From IMG/VR virus record IMGVR_UViG_3300042558_004148, positions 1 through 64,000 of that record: a stretch of DNA of 64,000 nt, one strand, 5' to 3'. The notes under the pieces were generated by a model. That model saw only the letters and a program-made list of their open reading frames with translations, was not told the origin of the DNA and made no database searches. Positions 35,879 to 45,651 of the stretch are shown here, piece by piece. The translations under genes and the position numbers were made by a program. Position 1 is the first letter of the stretch. Every line of letters starts with the position of its first letter.

Positions 35879-37477
35879 ATGGCAGGTTTTGTAGATAATA
35901 ATGATCCTTCTCAAACTCCGGTAATACAGAGAATTAGAGATTCTGTAAGAAAAATTAGTTCATTTGGTATGAAATACGATGACATGGTCATCCGTAATTC
36001 ACAGGCTGTCGGTGTTACTGAGGCTGCTTTTCTTAATAAGAATAAGTCCAACGTTGAGGATGAAAGCATGCTATGGACTTTAGCGAAGCAGGATATATCA
36101 TCCAGACAATTCATAGGATATTTTGACAAGGATTATAAAGGAAAAAGAGACTATCTTAGAAAATTCTCATTAAACCCTGAAGTTGAATGGGTTCTTGATA
36201 CCATATGTGACGAAGCAATATCTTACGATCCATCAAATTTCTTTGCATATCCTGATTTCATAGATCTTAGCGACGTTAATGAAAAAATCAAGGATGATTT
36301 ATATGACTCGTATAAAAAACTTTACGATGTTTGGGGATTTTCTGATGACATAACAGCTTGGCAATATTTTAGACAATTTATAGTAGATGGATTTCTCTCA
36401 TTTGAAATAATATATGATAATAAAGGTGAAAATATAATCGGATTTAAGGAACTAGATCCAATTACACTTATACCTAGTGTTGAGAAACAAATAGACGGTA
36501 GCTATCTTAGTACATGGACGCAATATCCTCAGGATCCCAAAAGAAAAAGAGTATTATATGATCCGCAGATTATATACATTTCATATGCAAAGGGAAATAG
36601 CATATCAAGAGTTAGCTACATAGAGAGATTAATAAGACCTTATAATATTCTAAGAATTATAGAATATACTAGGGTTATATGGTCAGTCATGAATGCATCG
36701 TTTAAACTTAAGATGACCATTCCAATAGGAAGCAAATCTCAGCAGAAGGGTATGCAAACTCTGGGTGAACTGATGAGCATCTATAAGGAGGATATCCAAT
36801 TGAATGATGATAGTGGCGAGCTTACAGTCGACGGTAGACCTAAAATACAGTTTTATAAAAACTATTTGATGCCTTCCGGTGTTAACGGAACTCCAACCAT
36901 AGAGCCTATAAACACTGAGGGACCAAATCTTAATGATCCACAACCTTTATCATATTTCTTTGACAAATATATTTTAGAATCTAAAGTTCCTCCCTCCAGA
37001 TTTCATAATCCAGACGGCGGAACAACTTCACCATATTCGAATGGTGCGGAAGGGCTTGATAAGGAAGAAATTAGATTTGCCAAATTTATAGATAGACTTA
37101 GATCAGTATTCCAGGAGATATTATTAAAACCTTTATGGATACAAATGGTTAAAAAGCATAAATCACTTGACGATGATTTTATGTTTAAGAGTCAGCTTGG
37201 ATTGGATTATGTTTCCGATAACCCATTCAAGTTAAATCAGGAGATGGATTTAATAAATAAAAGGAAGGAAGCAGTTGTCGCAATGACTGGATTAATGGGT
37301 GATGAGGAAAAACCATATTTTTCTAGTGCATTTCTTATAGAGACTTTTCTTGGAATATCCAAACAGGATATTGATGCAAATAAAGAAGCATTGGAAAGAA
37401 AAGAAAAAGAGAAGAAAAAAGAGGAAGGTAAAAAAGAAGAGGGCGGAGAAGAGGAAGCTCCGGAAGTAACACTATAA
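35879..37477 (+). CDS. gp20: Portal protein, copy 1 (T4 gp20-like)
   Basis: PEVEWVLDTICDEAI, FRQFIVDG, YIERLIRPYNILRIIE, SKVPPSR, EEIRFAKFIDRLR. Confidence 0.9.
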   Translation: MAGFVDNNDPSQTPVIQRIRDSVRKISSFGMKYDDMVIRNSQAVGVTEAAFLNKNKSNVEDESMLWTLAKQDISSRQFIGYFDKDYKGKRDYLRKFSLNPEVEWVLDTICDEAISYDPSNFFAYPDFIDLSDVNEKIKDDLYDSYKKLYDVWGFSDDITAWQYFRQFIVDGFLSFEIIYDNKGENIIGFKELDPITLIPSVEKQIDGSYLSTWTQYPQDPKRKRVLYDPQIIYISYAKGNSISRVSYIERLIRPYNILRIIEYTRVIWSVMNASFKLKMTIPIGSKSQQKGMQTLGELMSIYKEDIQLNDDSGELTVDGRPKIQFYKNYLMPSGVNGTPTIEPINTEGPNLNDPQPLSYFFDKYILESKVPPSRFHNPDGGTTSPYSNGAEGLDKEEIRFAKFIDRLRSVFQEILLKPLWIQMVKKHKSLDDDFMFKSQLGLDYVSDNPFKLNQEMDLINKRKEAVVAMTGLMGDEEKPYFSSAFLIETFLGISKQDIDANKEALERKEKEKKKEEGKKEEGGEEEAPEVTL

Positions 37478-37481
37478 TAAG

Positions 37482-39098
37482 ATGGCAGGATTTTTAGACT
37501 TTTTAAAACCGAATCAATCAGCTTTAGGTAATATACTAAAGAATCTTGGAAACATATCAAAATTTGGTATGGAGTACGATGATATGGTTGTAAAAAATTC
37601 TCAGGCTATTGGTAAGACTGAGGGATTTTTCTATAATCAGGATGGTAATGGATTTACAGAAAATGATGCTTTCTATTGGACATCATCTTATCAGGACACT
37701 AAGGTAAGAAAATATATTGCATATTTTGACCGTGATTATATTGAGAAAAGAAATTATCTTAGAAAATTTTCACTTAATGGCGAAATAGAGTTCATATTAG
37801 ATACAATAACTGATGAAGCCATAGTATATGATGATAGAAATTATTTTGCTCAGCCTTCGTTCGTAAATCTGGATCTTAAGGATAAAGTAAAGGATAAGAT
37901 ATCAGAACATTATAATAAGATTTATAATGTATTTGGGTTTCAGAACACAATACTAGGATGGCAATATTTTAAGCAGTTTTTAATTGATGGATTTCTTGCA
38001 TTTGAAATAATATATGACAGTAAGGGAAAAAATGTGATAGGATTTAAAGAATTGGATCCAACTTCACTTCAGCCCATAGTCGAAAAGGTAGGGGAAGAGG
38101 AACATAAACAATTTTGGATACAATATCCAAAGAATCCTCAGATGACCAGGAAGTTGACCAACGAGCAGGTAATTTATATTTCTTATGCTAAAGGAAATAT
38201 GATAACTAGAGTTAGCTATGTTGAGAGATTAGTTAGATCATATAATATTCTTAGAATAATGGAAAATTCCAGAATTATATGGAACGTAATGAACTCGTCA
38301 TATAGATTAAAATTCATTATACCTATAGGTACCCAATCACAGCAAAAAGCAATGCAGAATCTTGGTCAATTAATGTCAAACTACAAGGAGGACATTAATA
38401 TCAATGATTCATCTGGTGAATTAACAATAAACGGTAAACCTAAAATTCAATTCTACAAGAATTATTTATTTCCCGAAAAGGATGGACAAAGTCCACAAAT
38501 AGAATCCCTTAATCCTAGTGGTCCTGATTTCAACGTAATGGAAAATGTGGTTTATTTTTTCAATAAGCTTAAAATGGATTCTAAGATACCCTACGCTAGA
38601 TTTGCGTCTAGAAACAGCACTCCTGGGAATTATCAGACAAGCATAGATCAATTGGAGAGAGATGAAATTAGATTCGAGAAGTTTCTGAGAAGACTTAGAT
38701 CAATTTTTCAGGAAATATTAACGAAGCCACTCTATATCCAGATGTGTCTGGATAATCCTGAATTGTCCAGAGATAAGAACTTTAAAGCAAATATAGGACT
38801 TAATTATAATAGGGATAGCGAATTTGAGGAAATGGTCGAGATGACCAATTACACAAAAAGAACCGAATTTATAAATGGTCTTGGCGAGCTCAAAGTTAAG
38901 ATAGGCGAGGAGGAGAAAGGATATTTTGATAAGAACTTTTTAATACAAAGATTCCTTGGTATGAATCCGGATCAAATAAGAATGAACGAGAAGTATAAGG
39001 AAGCTGAAGAAAAATTAGCTGAAAAAGCGGGAGGTGAAAAACCTGCTGAGGGTGAAGCCCCTGCTGAGGGAGAAGAAGCACCGGAAGTAACACTATAA
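37482..39098 (+). CDS. gp20: Portal protein, copy 2 (T4 gp20-like paralog)
   Basis: Same motif set as copy 1 (EIEFILDTITDEAI, YVERLVRSYNILRIME, DEIRFEKFLRRLR); both end EEAPEVTL. Confidence 0.9.
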   Translation: MAGFLDFLKPNQSALGNILKNLGNISKFGMEYDDMVVKNSQAIGKTEGFFYNQDGNGFTENDAFYWTSSYQDTKVRKYIAYFDRDYIEKRNYLRKFSLNGEIEFILDTITDEAIVYDDRNYFAQPSFVNLDLKDKVKDKISEHYNKIYNVFGFQNTILGWQYFKQFLIDGFLAFEIIYDSKGKNVIGFKELDPTSLQPIVEKVGEEEHKQFWIQYPKNPQMTRKLTNEQVIYISYAKGNMITRVSYVERLVRSYNILRIMENSRIIWNVMNSSYRLKFIIPIGTQSQQKAMQNLGQLMSNYKEDININDSSGELTINGKPKIQFYKNYLFPEKDGQSPQIESLNPSGPDFNVMENVVYFFNKLKMDSKIPYARFASRNSTPGNYQTSIDQLERDEIRFEKFLRRLRSIFQEILTKPLYIQMCLDNPELSRDKNFKANIGLNYNRDSEFEEMVEMTNYTKRTEFINGLGELKVKIGEEEKGYFDKNFLIQRFLGMNPDQIRMNEKYKEAEEKLAEKAGGEKPAEGEAPAEGEEAPEVTL

Positions 39099-39126
39099 AT
39101 TATTAATCTTTAATCTTCATTAAATT

Positions 39127-40095
39127 TTGGATTTATTAGATAAATTTAGATCTGTTAGAATATTGATTGTTGGCGATGTGATGCTGGATCATTATGTCCA
39201 TGGTAGCGTTACAAGAATCTCACCGGAGGCACCTGTCCCTATATTGGATGTAATACGCTCTGAATATTATTTGGGCGGATCTGGTAATATTTTACGTAAT
39301 ATAAAATCGATGGGAGGTAATGCTGATATAATTACTACGGTTGGCGATGATATTCACGGAAATACTATAAAAAATCTAGTAGCTGAATACAGCGACAATT
39401 CATTTATTTTTGAAGATTCTACCAGAAGAACAACACTAAAATCAAGATACATTTCAGGATCAAATCATCAATTATTTAGAGTCGATGACGAAAACCGTAA
39501 TTATATTGACTCGTTAACAGAAGAAATTATAATTTCTAGATTTAACGAGATGTACATTAATTATGATTGCGTTTTAATTGAGGATTATAATAAAGGTCTT
39601 TTGACACCAGCTATGATATCTAATATAATATCAAAATGTAATATTTCTGGTATTCCAGCTATAGCAGACCCCAAGATTTTAAATATTCCTAGTTATTCAG
39701 GTTGTAGCTTACTCAAGCCAAATCTATCTGAATTTTCTAACATGACTGGATTTAATGGTTCTAATTTGGATCTAATTAGTATAGAGCAGCATGCTAGGAA
39801 ATTTATATCCGATAATGATATTGATTCAATATTGGTAACCTTATCAGAAAGAGGATTAATCTATATCAACAAGGATGAATCCGTTTATGATCCTGGATAT
39901 CCAATGGATGTATATGATGTTTCGGGAGCGGGAGACACTGTTATATCGATTTTATCATTATGCATGGTAAGTAATATAGGGATCAGGGAATCATTATCGA
40001 TTTGTAATATAGCTGCTTCCATAGCTTGTTCTAAATCAGGAACTGTTGCTGTCGATATTAATGATATTTTAAATTCAAAATTTTATACATTCTAA
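39127..40095 (+). CDS. rfaE: D-glycero-D-manno-heptose-7-phosphate kinase (RfaE/HldE domain I, PfkB family)
   Basis: ILIVGDVMLDHY-x2-GSVTRISPEAPVP, EDYNKG, DVSGAGDT signature motifs. Confidence 0.9.
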   Translation: MDLLDKFRSVRILIVGDVMLDHYVHGSVTRISPEAPVPILDVIRSEYYLGGSGNILRNIKSMGGNADIITTVGDDIHGNTIKNLVAEYSDNSFIFEDSTRRTTLKSRYISGSNHQLFRVDDENRNYIDSLTEEIIISRFNEMYINYDCVLIEDYNKGLLTPAMISNIISKCNISGIPAIADPKILNIPSYSGCSLLKPNLSEFSNMTGFNGSNLDLISIEQHARKFISDNDIDSILVTLSERGLIYINKDESVYDPGYPMDVYDVSGAGDTVISILSLCMVSNIGIRESLSICNIAASIACSKSGTVAVDINDILNSKFYTF

Positions 40096-40119
40096 TTTTT
40101 TTGATTCGTATATTTTTTC

Positions 40120-40127
40120 TATATTTG
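40120..40127 (+). promoter_or_regulatory. Bacteroidota-type -7 promoter box TATATTTG
   Basis: 16 nt upstream of DNA ligase; TTG about 16 nt further upstream. Confidence 0.55.
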
Positions 40128-40143
40128 TGAAAAAATAAATAAG

Positions 40144-41475
40144 ATGATAAAGGAAATTAGAATTTTTTGTAGTTTAGAAAAAATGACCGGCAACGGATCT
40201 CAAAAATCTAAGCAAGATCTCATAAGGGAATCAATGAATGATAGAATGGAATACATTCTTGATGTTTGCTTCAACCCATTTGTTACTACAAAGCTACATA
40301 GGATAGGATTTAACGCTGTATTATCCGAACCTAATGAAAATCTATGGAACGATTTTAAAAGCCTTGTAGAGGACTTAAAAAAAGCTCCAGCTGCTAACGA
40401 TCTTTTAAGGGAGAGAGCTCAATTATTAATATCTACCAGGATTTCGGATAATCAGGAGGAGGATCTGGAACTTAGAACGATATTGATGAAGATCATTACC
40501 AAAAGAATGAATATTGGGATTGGAGCAAAATTAATCAATAAAGCTGTGGGGAAGGAATTAGTACCTGATCCTTCATTAATGCTAGCAACCGACGATGAGA
40601 AGGTAATGGCTTCTTGGGATTCTGTTTACTGTGAAGAAAAATATGACGGAGTCCGTGTTATAGCTCTATATAAGGATGGCGAATTTTCATATTTCACTAG
40701 AGCATTTAACGAACTGGATTCCTGTTATTTCCCTGCTATAACATTCGCATTAAAAACAGCTATTATAAATAGCGGAATAATGGGTGATTGGTTTTTTGAT
40801 GGTGAGTTAACTGATCTTAATAGAAAATCAGTTAGCGGAAAAGTTACTCAAATACTTAGAGGCACCGCTAATAGTAATATTGAGGAGGGATTCCTATTCA
40901 ATGTTTTTGATTTTGAAGAGCACTCAACTCTTTCCCATGGTTCTGGTGTAATTGATTACCTAACCAGAAGAGATACGCTGGAGAAAATATTATCATATGT
41001 TCCGGAAGATTCCCCTGTAAAATTAGCACAATTATGGAAACTAGATTCTGTTTCCGAAGTTACTAAAATCTATAATGATATAGTAGCACTTGGCGGGGAA
41101 GGCGTTATATGTAAATCAAATTCGGTCTATGAATGTAAGAGATCCAAGACATGGATTAAGATAAAGGAAGTTAATGAATGTGATCTTGAGATTTGTGGAT
41201 GGTATCCTGGTGAAGGAAAAAGAGAGGGTCTTATAGGAGGATTTATATGCACAGATAAATCCAAGACATTAAATGTTAAAGTTGGTTCAGGATTTAGCGA
41301 CGATGATCTTAAATTATTTAGCACCAATCCAGATTCTTATATAGGGAAAATAATTGCTGTTCAATACAATGTTGTTATAACGGATAAGCATGATAATAGA
41401 TCATTATTCCTTCCTAGACTTGTTGAAGTTAGATATGATAAAAATGAATCTGACGATCTTTCCTCGAAATTTTAA
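40144..41475 (+). CDS. lig: ATP-dependent DNA ligase
   Basis: Motif I EEKYDGVR; FDGE, VFD, EGVICK, WIKIK; OB-fold VKVGSGF, LFLPR. Confidence 0.93.
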   Translation: MIKEIRIFCSLEKMTGNGSQKSKQDLIRESMNDRMEYILDVCFNPFVTTKLHRIGFNAVLSEPNENLWNDFKSLVEDLKKAPAANDLLRERAQLLISTRISDNQEEDLELRTILMKIITKRMNIGIGAKLINKAVGKELVPDPSLMLATDDEKVMASWDSVYCEEKYDGVRVIALYKDGEFSYFTRAFNELDSCYFPAITFALKTAIINSGIMGDWFFDGELTDLNRKSVSGKVTQILRGTANSNIEEGFLFNVFDFEEHSTLSHGSGVIDYLTRRDTLEKILSYVPEDSPVKLAQLWKLDSVSEVTKIYNDIVALGGEGVICKSNSVYECKRSKTWIKIKEVNECDLEICGWYPGEGKREGLIGGFICTDKSKTLNVKVGSGFSDDDLKLFSTNPDSYIGKIIAVQYNVVITDKHDNRSLFLPRLVEVRYDKNESDDLSSKF

Positions 41476-41503
41476 GAAACAACTTACCCAATTAGCGATA
41501 AAA
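41476..41503 (+). promoter_or_regulatory. Candidate middle promoter GAAAC-N18-TAAAA
   Basis: Upstream of the clamp-loader operon. Confidence 0.4.
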
Positions 41504-41508
41504 ATAGT

Positions 41509-42453
41509 ATGATAAAAGAATTATTGACAGAAAAACTTAGACCGAAAGAACTAAGACATATGATTCTGCCTTCCAGAATCTCTAAGATATTTGAGAATGG
41601 CCTTGGACATAATGTATTATTAAGCGGACCTCCCGGCTGTGGAAAAACAACATTAGCTAAAATATTAGCTTCACCGTATCCTAGCCTATTTATAAATGTT
41701 TCGGATGAGAGCTCAGTTGAAACTATTAGAGTTAAGATAACTGATTTTTGCTCAACCATCTCGGTAATGGACGGTAAATCATCTAAGAAAATAGTAATCT
41801 TAGATGAGTTCGATGGTGCATCGGACCAATTCTATAAAGCACTTAGAGGAACTATAGAAAAGTTTGCTACAAATACAAGATTTGTTGCTACCTGTAACTA
41901 TATAAATAAGGTTCCCGATGCTATACAGAGTAGATTTGAAGTAATTGATTTCAACCCGGTAACTACTGAGGAGGATGATGCATTAAAGCAAGAATGGAGA
42001 AAAAGAGTTAATCTTATATTATCCAAGCTTAATATATCAATTGACGAAGATTCAATATTGGAATTTCAGAAAAATTATTATCCTGACTTTAGATCAGCAT
42101 TAAACAAAATACAAACATGGACTCTGGAAGGTGTTACTGTTGTAGATTCTGCAAAGATAAAAGAATTTGGATGGTCTTATGAGGAATTATATTCTCTTAT
42201 TGTTACTTCAAAGGATCCAGTTAAGAATTATCAGGCTATAGTGGGAGAATATCAAGGCAAGGTTGACGAGGTTATGTCAGCCTTAGGTGAGGAGTTTATT
42301 GATTGGATAATAAACAATAAGCCGGATCTTATTAAGATAATTCCCGCGGTGGTGGTATTGGTTGCTGAGCATCAGGCTCAAAGAATACAAGTCATAGATC
42401 CTATGGTATCCCTTCTTTCACTAGTATTTCAGATACAAAAATTAGTTGCGTAA
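41509..42453 (+). CDS. gp44: Sliding clamp loader ATPase subunit (T4 gp44 / RFC small-like)
   Basis: EKLRP, GPPGCGKTT, ILDEFD, IQSRF sensor motif. Confidence 0.92.
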   Translation: MIKELLTEKLRPKELRHMILPSRISKIFENGLGHNVLLSGPPGCGKTTLAKILASPYPSLFINVSDESSVETIRVKITDFCSTISVMDGKSSKKIVILDEFDGASDQFYKALRGTIEKFATNTRFVATCNYINKVPDAIQSRFEVIDFNPVTTEEDDALKQEWRKRVNLILSKLNISIDEDSILEFQKNYYPDFRSALNKIQTWTLEGVTVVDSAKIKEFGWSYEELYSLIVTSKDPVKNYQAIVGEYQGKVDEVMSALGEEFIDWIINNKPDLIKIIPAVVVLVAEHQAQRIQVIDPMVSLLSLVFQIQKLVA

Positions 42454-42999
42454 ATGGAGAAGAAAAGAGTTATATTGGTAGGAAAGGGTGGATCTGGTAA
42501 GGATCATGCTAGAAAAGTATTGGAAGATATGGGATTTAGATATTGTGTATCACACACCACGAGACCTCCAAGAGATGGTGAGGTTGATGGGAAGGATTAC
42601 CATTTCATATCAAGAGATTCTGCTGCACATCAATTCGCAGCTAAGGGTCTTTTTTATGAGTATGTGATATTCAATGGATGGGTGTATGGAACTTCACGGG
42701 ATGAATTTGATACTGCTGATCTTTTCATAATGACCCCTTCAGGTATATCGAAGATAGAACCGGAGGACAGGAAAGAATCATTCATAATCTACCTTGATAT
42801 TCAGGAGGATGTAAGGAAAGAAAGATTATCCGGAAGAAGAGATGCTGATGATGTCTCAAGGAGATTGGATGCCGATGACCTGGATTTTGCTGAGTTTAAT
42901 GATTTCGATTTTAGAGTTATAGACCCATTGTTTGATATAAAATCAACTTGGGAGAAAATAAAGGTGGAGTATTCCATTAAAATAAAGGATAAGCTATGA
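42454..42999 (+). CDS. Guanylate kinase-like nucleotide kinase
   Basis: GKGGSGKD; SHTTRPPRDGEVDGKDYHFIS; YGT. Confidence 0.85.
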   Translation: MEKKRVILVGKGGSGKDHARKVLEDMGFRYCVSHTTRPPRDGEVDGKDYHFISRDSAAHQFAAKGLFYEYVIFNGWVYGTSRDEFDTADLFIMTPSGISKIEPEDRKESFIIYLDIQEDVRKERLSGRRDADDVSRRLDADDLDFAEFNDFDFRVIDPLFDIKSTWEKIKVEYSIKIKDKL

Positions 43000-44135
43000 T
43001 TAATATATTGGTTGACGGGAATTACATATTCCATAAGACGTTTGGCGTTTTTGGAGGATACGGGAAAGCTGATCCTGGTAAGATATTAAAATCTAAAAGC
43101 GAGCAAGGTGCTTTTATCAGGAAAGTTTCTACTGATTTGTGTTCCTCTCTTAAACTTTTGCCAACTGGTGGGAGAATGATATTTACTACTGATAGTAGGA
43201 GCTGGAGAAAAGACGTTGAGATAGAAGATGGTGGATATAAATCAGGTAGGGTCAGAGATGATGAAACTGATTGGACTATATTTTTTGAACTCATGAAATC
43301 TTTTGGAGATCATATGGAGAAGATGGGATTTATTTTTTCCAGAGTTGATGGTGCAGAGGGTGACGATCTTTTAATGTATTGGAGTAATTATTTCAATGGT
43401 AATGGTGAAAATTGTATTATTATAACAGGTGATAAAGATTTACATCAGTTATCTAGAAATACTGACAGCTCATGGACAGCAGTATGGAATAACAATTCTA
43501 AGAAAAATGTTCTATCGGTTCCCCAGGGATGGAAAGAATCTTGGCTAAATAGGGACGAGAGTGTTAGTATATTTAACATGGCTTCTGCTATTTCGCCTGA
43601 AAAAGAATCATTTAAGGTTTTTCTGAAGAAGGTTGAAATAGAGGAAATTGATAGTGACTTCTTCATATTGAATAAAGTGCTGGTTGGTGATAAGGGGGAT
43701 TCAGTACCTAGTGTCTGGGAAACTCTTAGCGGTACAAGAACTATGGGATTTACTCCTAAGAAAGCTGAATCGGTTCATGAGGCATTCAAATCCTCTGAAT
43801 GGAAATCTTTGGATTTTAAACAGATGCTAGATTCTGCAGATTTTCTGGATTGGCTAGCTGGAATGGTTCTAAGATCATCGAAATCTGTCGATAGCTCGGA
43901 TAATAGGAAAAAAGTAAAAGCAAACATTGAGAGAAATTTTAAACTTATGTGGCTTAATCAGTTAATGATACCTGATTTTGTTGCCTCTGGTTGTAATTTG
44001 GAAATAGAAAGAGGTATATCCCTACTTAGAAAACCAATAACACTAGACAGGATAAAGATATTAGAGGGAACCGAGTGGATTACCTCTGGTTACCAACCTA
44101 AAGGTTTTGATCCATTTGAACATATACTGGACTAA
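42996..44135 (+). CDS. 5'-3' exonuclease / RNase H (T4 Rnh, PolI-exo-like)
   Basis: LVDGN, D-SRSWRK, EGDD, TGDKDLHQL, GDKGDSVP acidic motifs. Confidence 0.88.
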   Translation: MINILVDGNYIFHKTFGVFGGYGKADPGKILKSKSEQGAFIRKVSTDLCSSLKLLPTGGRMIFTTDSRSWRKDVEIEDGGYKSGRVRDDETDWTIFFELMKSFGDHMEKMGFIFSRVDGAEGDDLLMYWSNYFNGNGENCIIITGDKDLHQLSRNTDSSWTAVWNNNSKKNVLSVPQGWKESWLNRDESVSIFNMASAISPEKESFKVFLKKVEIEEIDSDFFILNKVLVGDKGDSVPSVWETLSGTRTMGFTPKKAESVHEAFKSSEWKSLDFKQMLDSADFLDWLAGMVLRSSKSVDSSDNRKKVKANIERNFKLMWLNQLMIPDFVASGCNLEIERGISLLRKPITLDRIKILEGTEWITSGYQPKGFDPFEHILD

Positions 44136-44137
44136 CT

Positions 44138-44560
44138 ATGCAGCTTTTTGATATAATAAAGAATATATTTTCCACCAATAATAAAACGTGGGATCAAGTG
44201 GGTAGAATAGATAAGTCTAGAAATTTTTTCATGATTAATCGGATTATGGCTATTCAATTTCCGGTACAGGCAAACCAATTTAATAGAATGCGTATAGTAC
44301 CTGGTCCTGTAGTAGATTGGTGGAGAAGTACATTGTCTGGCAGATATTCGAAACCACCTAATTGGATATACACAAAAACAAAAAAGATATCATCTGAAGA
44401 TAAAATAAAGGAAACTAAGAATTTTGACCAGGTAGAGATCTTTATAAGGGAAAAATATTCTGTTTCAAAGAGGGAACTTTCCGATATAAAAAACTTTTAC
44501 CCTGATAGATATAATAAATGGATATCCGATGTTGCTGATCAGCTAGGTATTCAAAAATAA
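44138..44560 (+). CDS. Clamp loader small subunit (T4 gp62-like)
   Basis: FFMINRIM...ANQFN and WIYTKTKK patterns; located near gp44. Confidence 0.6.
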   Translation: MQLFDIIKNIFSTNNKTWDQVGRIDKSRNFFMINRIMAIQFPVQANQFNRMRIVPGPVVDWWRSTLSGRYSKPPNWIYTKTKKISSEDKIKETKNFDQVEIFIREKYSVSKRELSDIKNFYPDRYNKWISDVADQLGIQK

Positions 44561-44572
44561 GATATATAAGAG

Positions 44573-45109
44573 ATGAAGGGTAAAAACAGTAAGTTAATAG
44601 ACAAAGTTATTCTGAGTCTGGACTGGGATACAATTTTTGAGGTTAATAAATGCTTTAAAATAGGTGTCGGAGAGGGAATTTCAGGAATCCCTGGGCTTAA
44701 AAGGAAACCCTTTCTGACTGGGGTAACCAAAAATGATATAAAAAACGAGCTTAAAAATTTACTTAAGCACGTAATCGATAACGATATATCTGAATTTATA
44801 TACAGTCACTGGATGATTTTTTGGAATAATGCTGAATGGTCACTAGAGGAACTAAATAAGATAAAGGATGAGATGGATGATCCTGAAGATTATTACGATG
44901 ATCATTTGATAATAGATTCCACATTAGAGGTTATATATTCCCCACAGAGAGTATTAGCTATGGAACCAGTTTCCATAACCAGTATATCGGGTGAGGATTC
45001 AGATGAAAGTAAGCTAGAAGAAATGCTAAAGAAAGCTCTGGAAAATGAGCACTATGAATTGGCTTCAAAAATTAGGGATGTACTGAAGGTGCAGAAAAAC
45101 CAGCAATAA
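44573..45109 (+). CDS. Hypothetical protein with C-terminal UVR (UvrB/UvrC) motif
   Basis: LEEMLKKALENEHYELASKIRD; GATATATA at 44561-44568. Confidence 0.65.
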   Translation: MKGKNSKLIDKVILSLDWDTIFEVNKCFKIGVGEGISGIPGLKRKPFLTGVTKNDIKNELKNLLKHVIDNDISEFIYSHWMIFWNNAEWSLEELNKIKDEMDDPEDYYDDHLIIDSTLEVIYSPQRVLAMEPVSITSISGEDSDESKLEEMLKKALENEHYELASKIRDVLKVQKNQQ

Positions 45110-45127
45110 CAAAGGATACATACTCTA

Positions 45128-45610
45128 ATGAAACACTTAAAATCTATATACGAATTTGATTCTGCCTTTGGTGATAGCTACGGGTATGGAGGTGCTAATG
45201 GGGTTCTTAAAATAAACTATAAACCATTTAGCGATTTATCGGTATCTGTAGGACAGGATCCTAATATCGAAACAACTGTGAAGGGTTCACAATTTACTAT
45301 AGGTGATATAGTTATTGCTAGCCCTATAGATTCTGATTCTAAGAAGAAAGTAATTGGTGTGATAGTTAGATCATTTAGAAATCCTGATAATAAACAATAT
45401 AGGTATTTTATACAAGTTTATAATAAGGGTAAAGAAACTGAGAGAGTAATAGAGGTAAAATCAGATTCTATAAAATTTGCTCCAGGCGGGGAACATGGAA
45501 ACATGGAAACTGTATCTAAAATGAAGGCAAGCGATGTACCTGCTTCAGCATATAATTCAAAAACGGTATATAGTGCGAGTGAACTCGGGCTTGAAACTAC
45601 CGGTGGATAA
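45128..45610 (+). CDS. Late hypothetical protein, SH3/KOW-like, with capsid-targeting-like N-terminus
   Basis: MKHLKSIYEF start; FTIGDIVIA...VIGVIV beta-barrel; GATACATA at 45115-45122. Confidence 0.6.
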   Translation: MKHLKSIYEFDSAFGDSYGYGGANGVLKINYKPFSDLSVSVGQDPNIETTVKGSQFTIGDIVIASPIDSDSKKKVIGVIVRSFRNPDNKQYRYFIQVYNKGKETERVIEVKSDSIKFAPGGEHGNMETVSKMKASDVPASAYNSKTVYSASELGLETTGG

Positions 45611-45651
45611 GGAACCAAAACAGCTTTATACGGTACAATAATAAAAAGATT

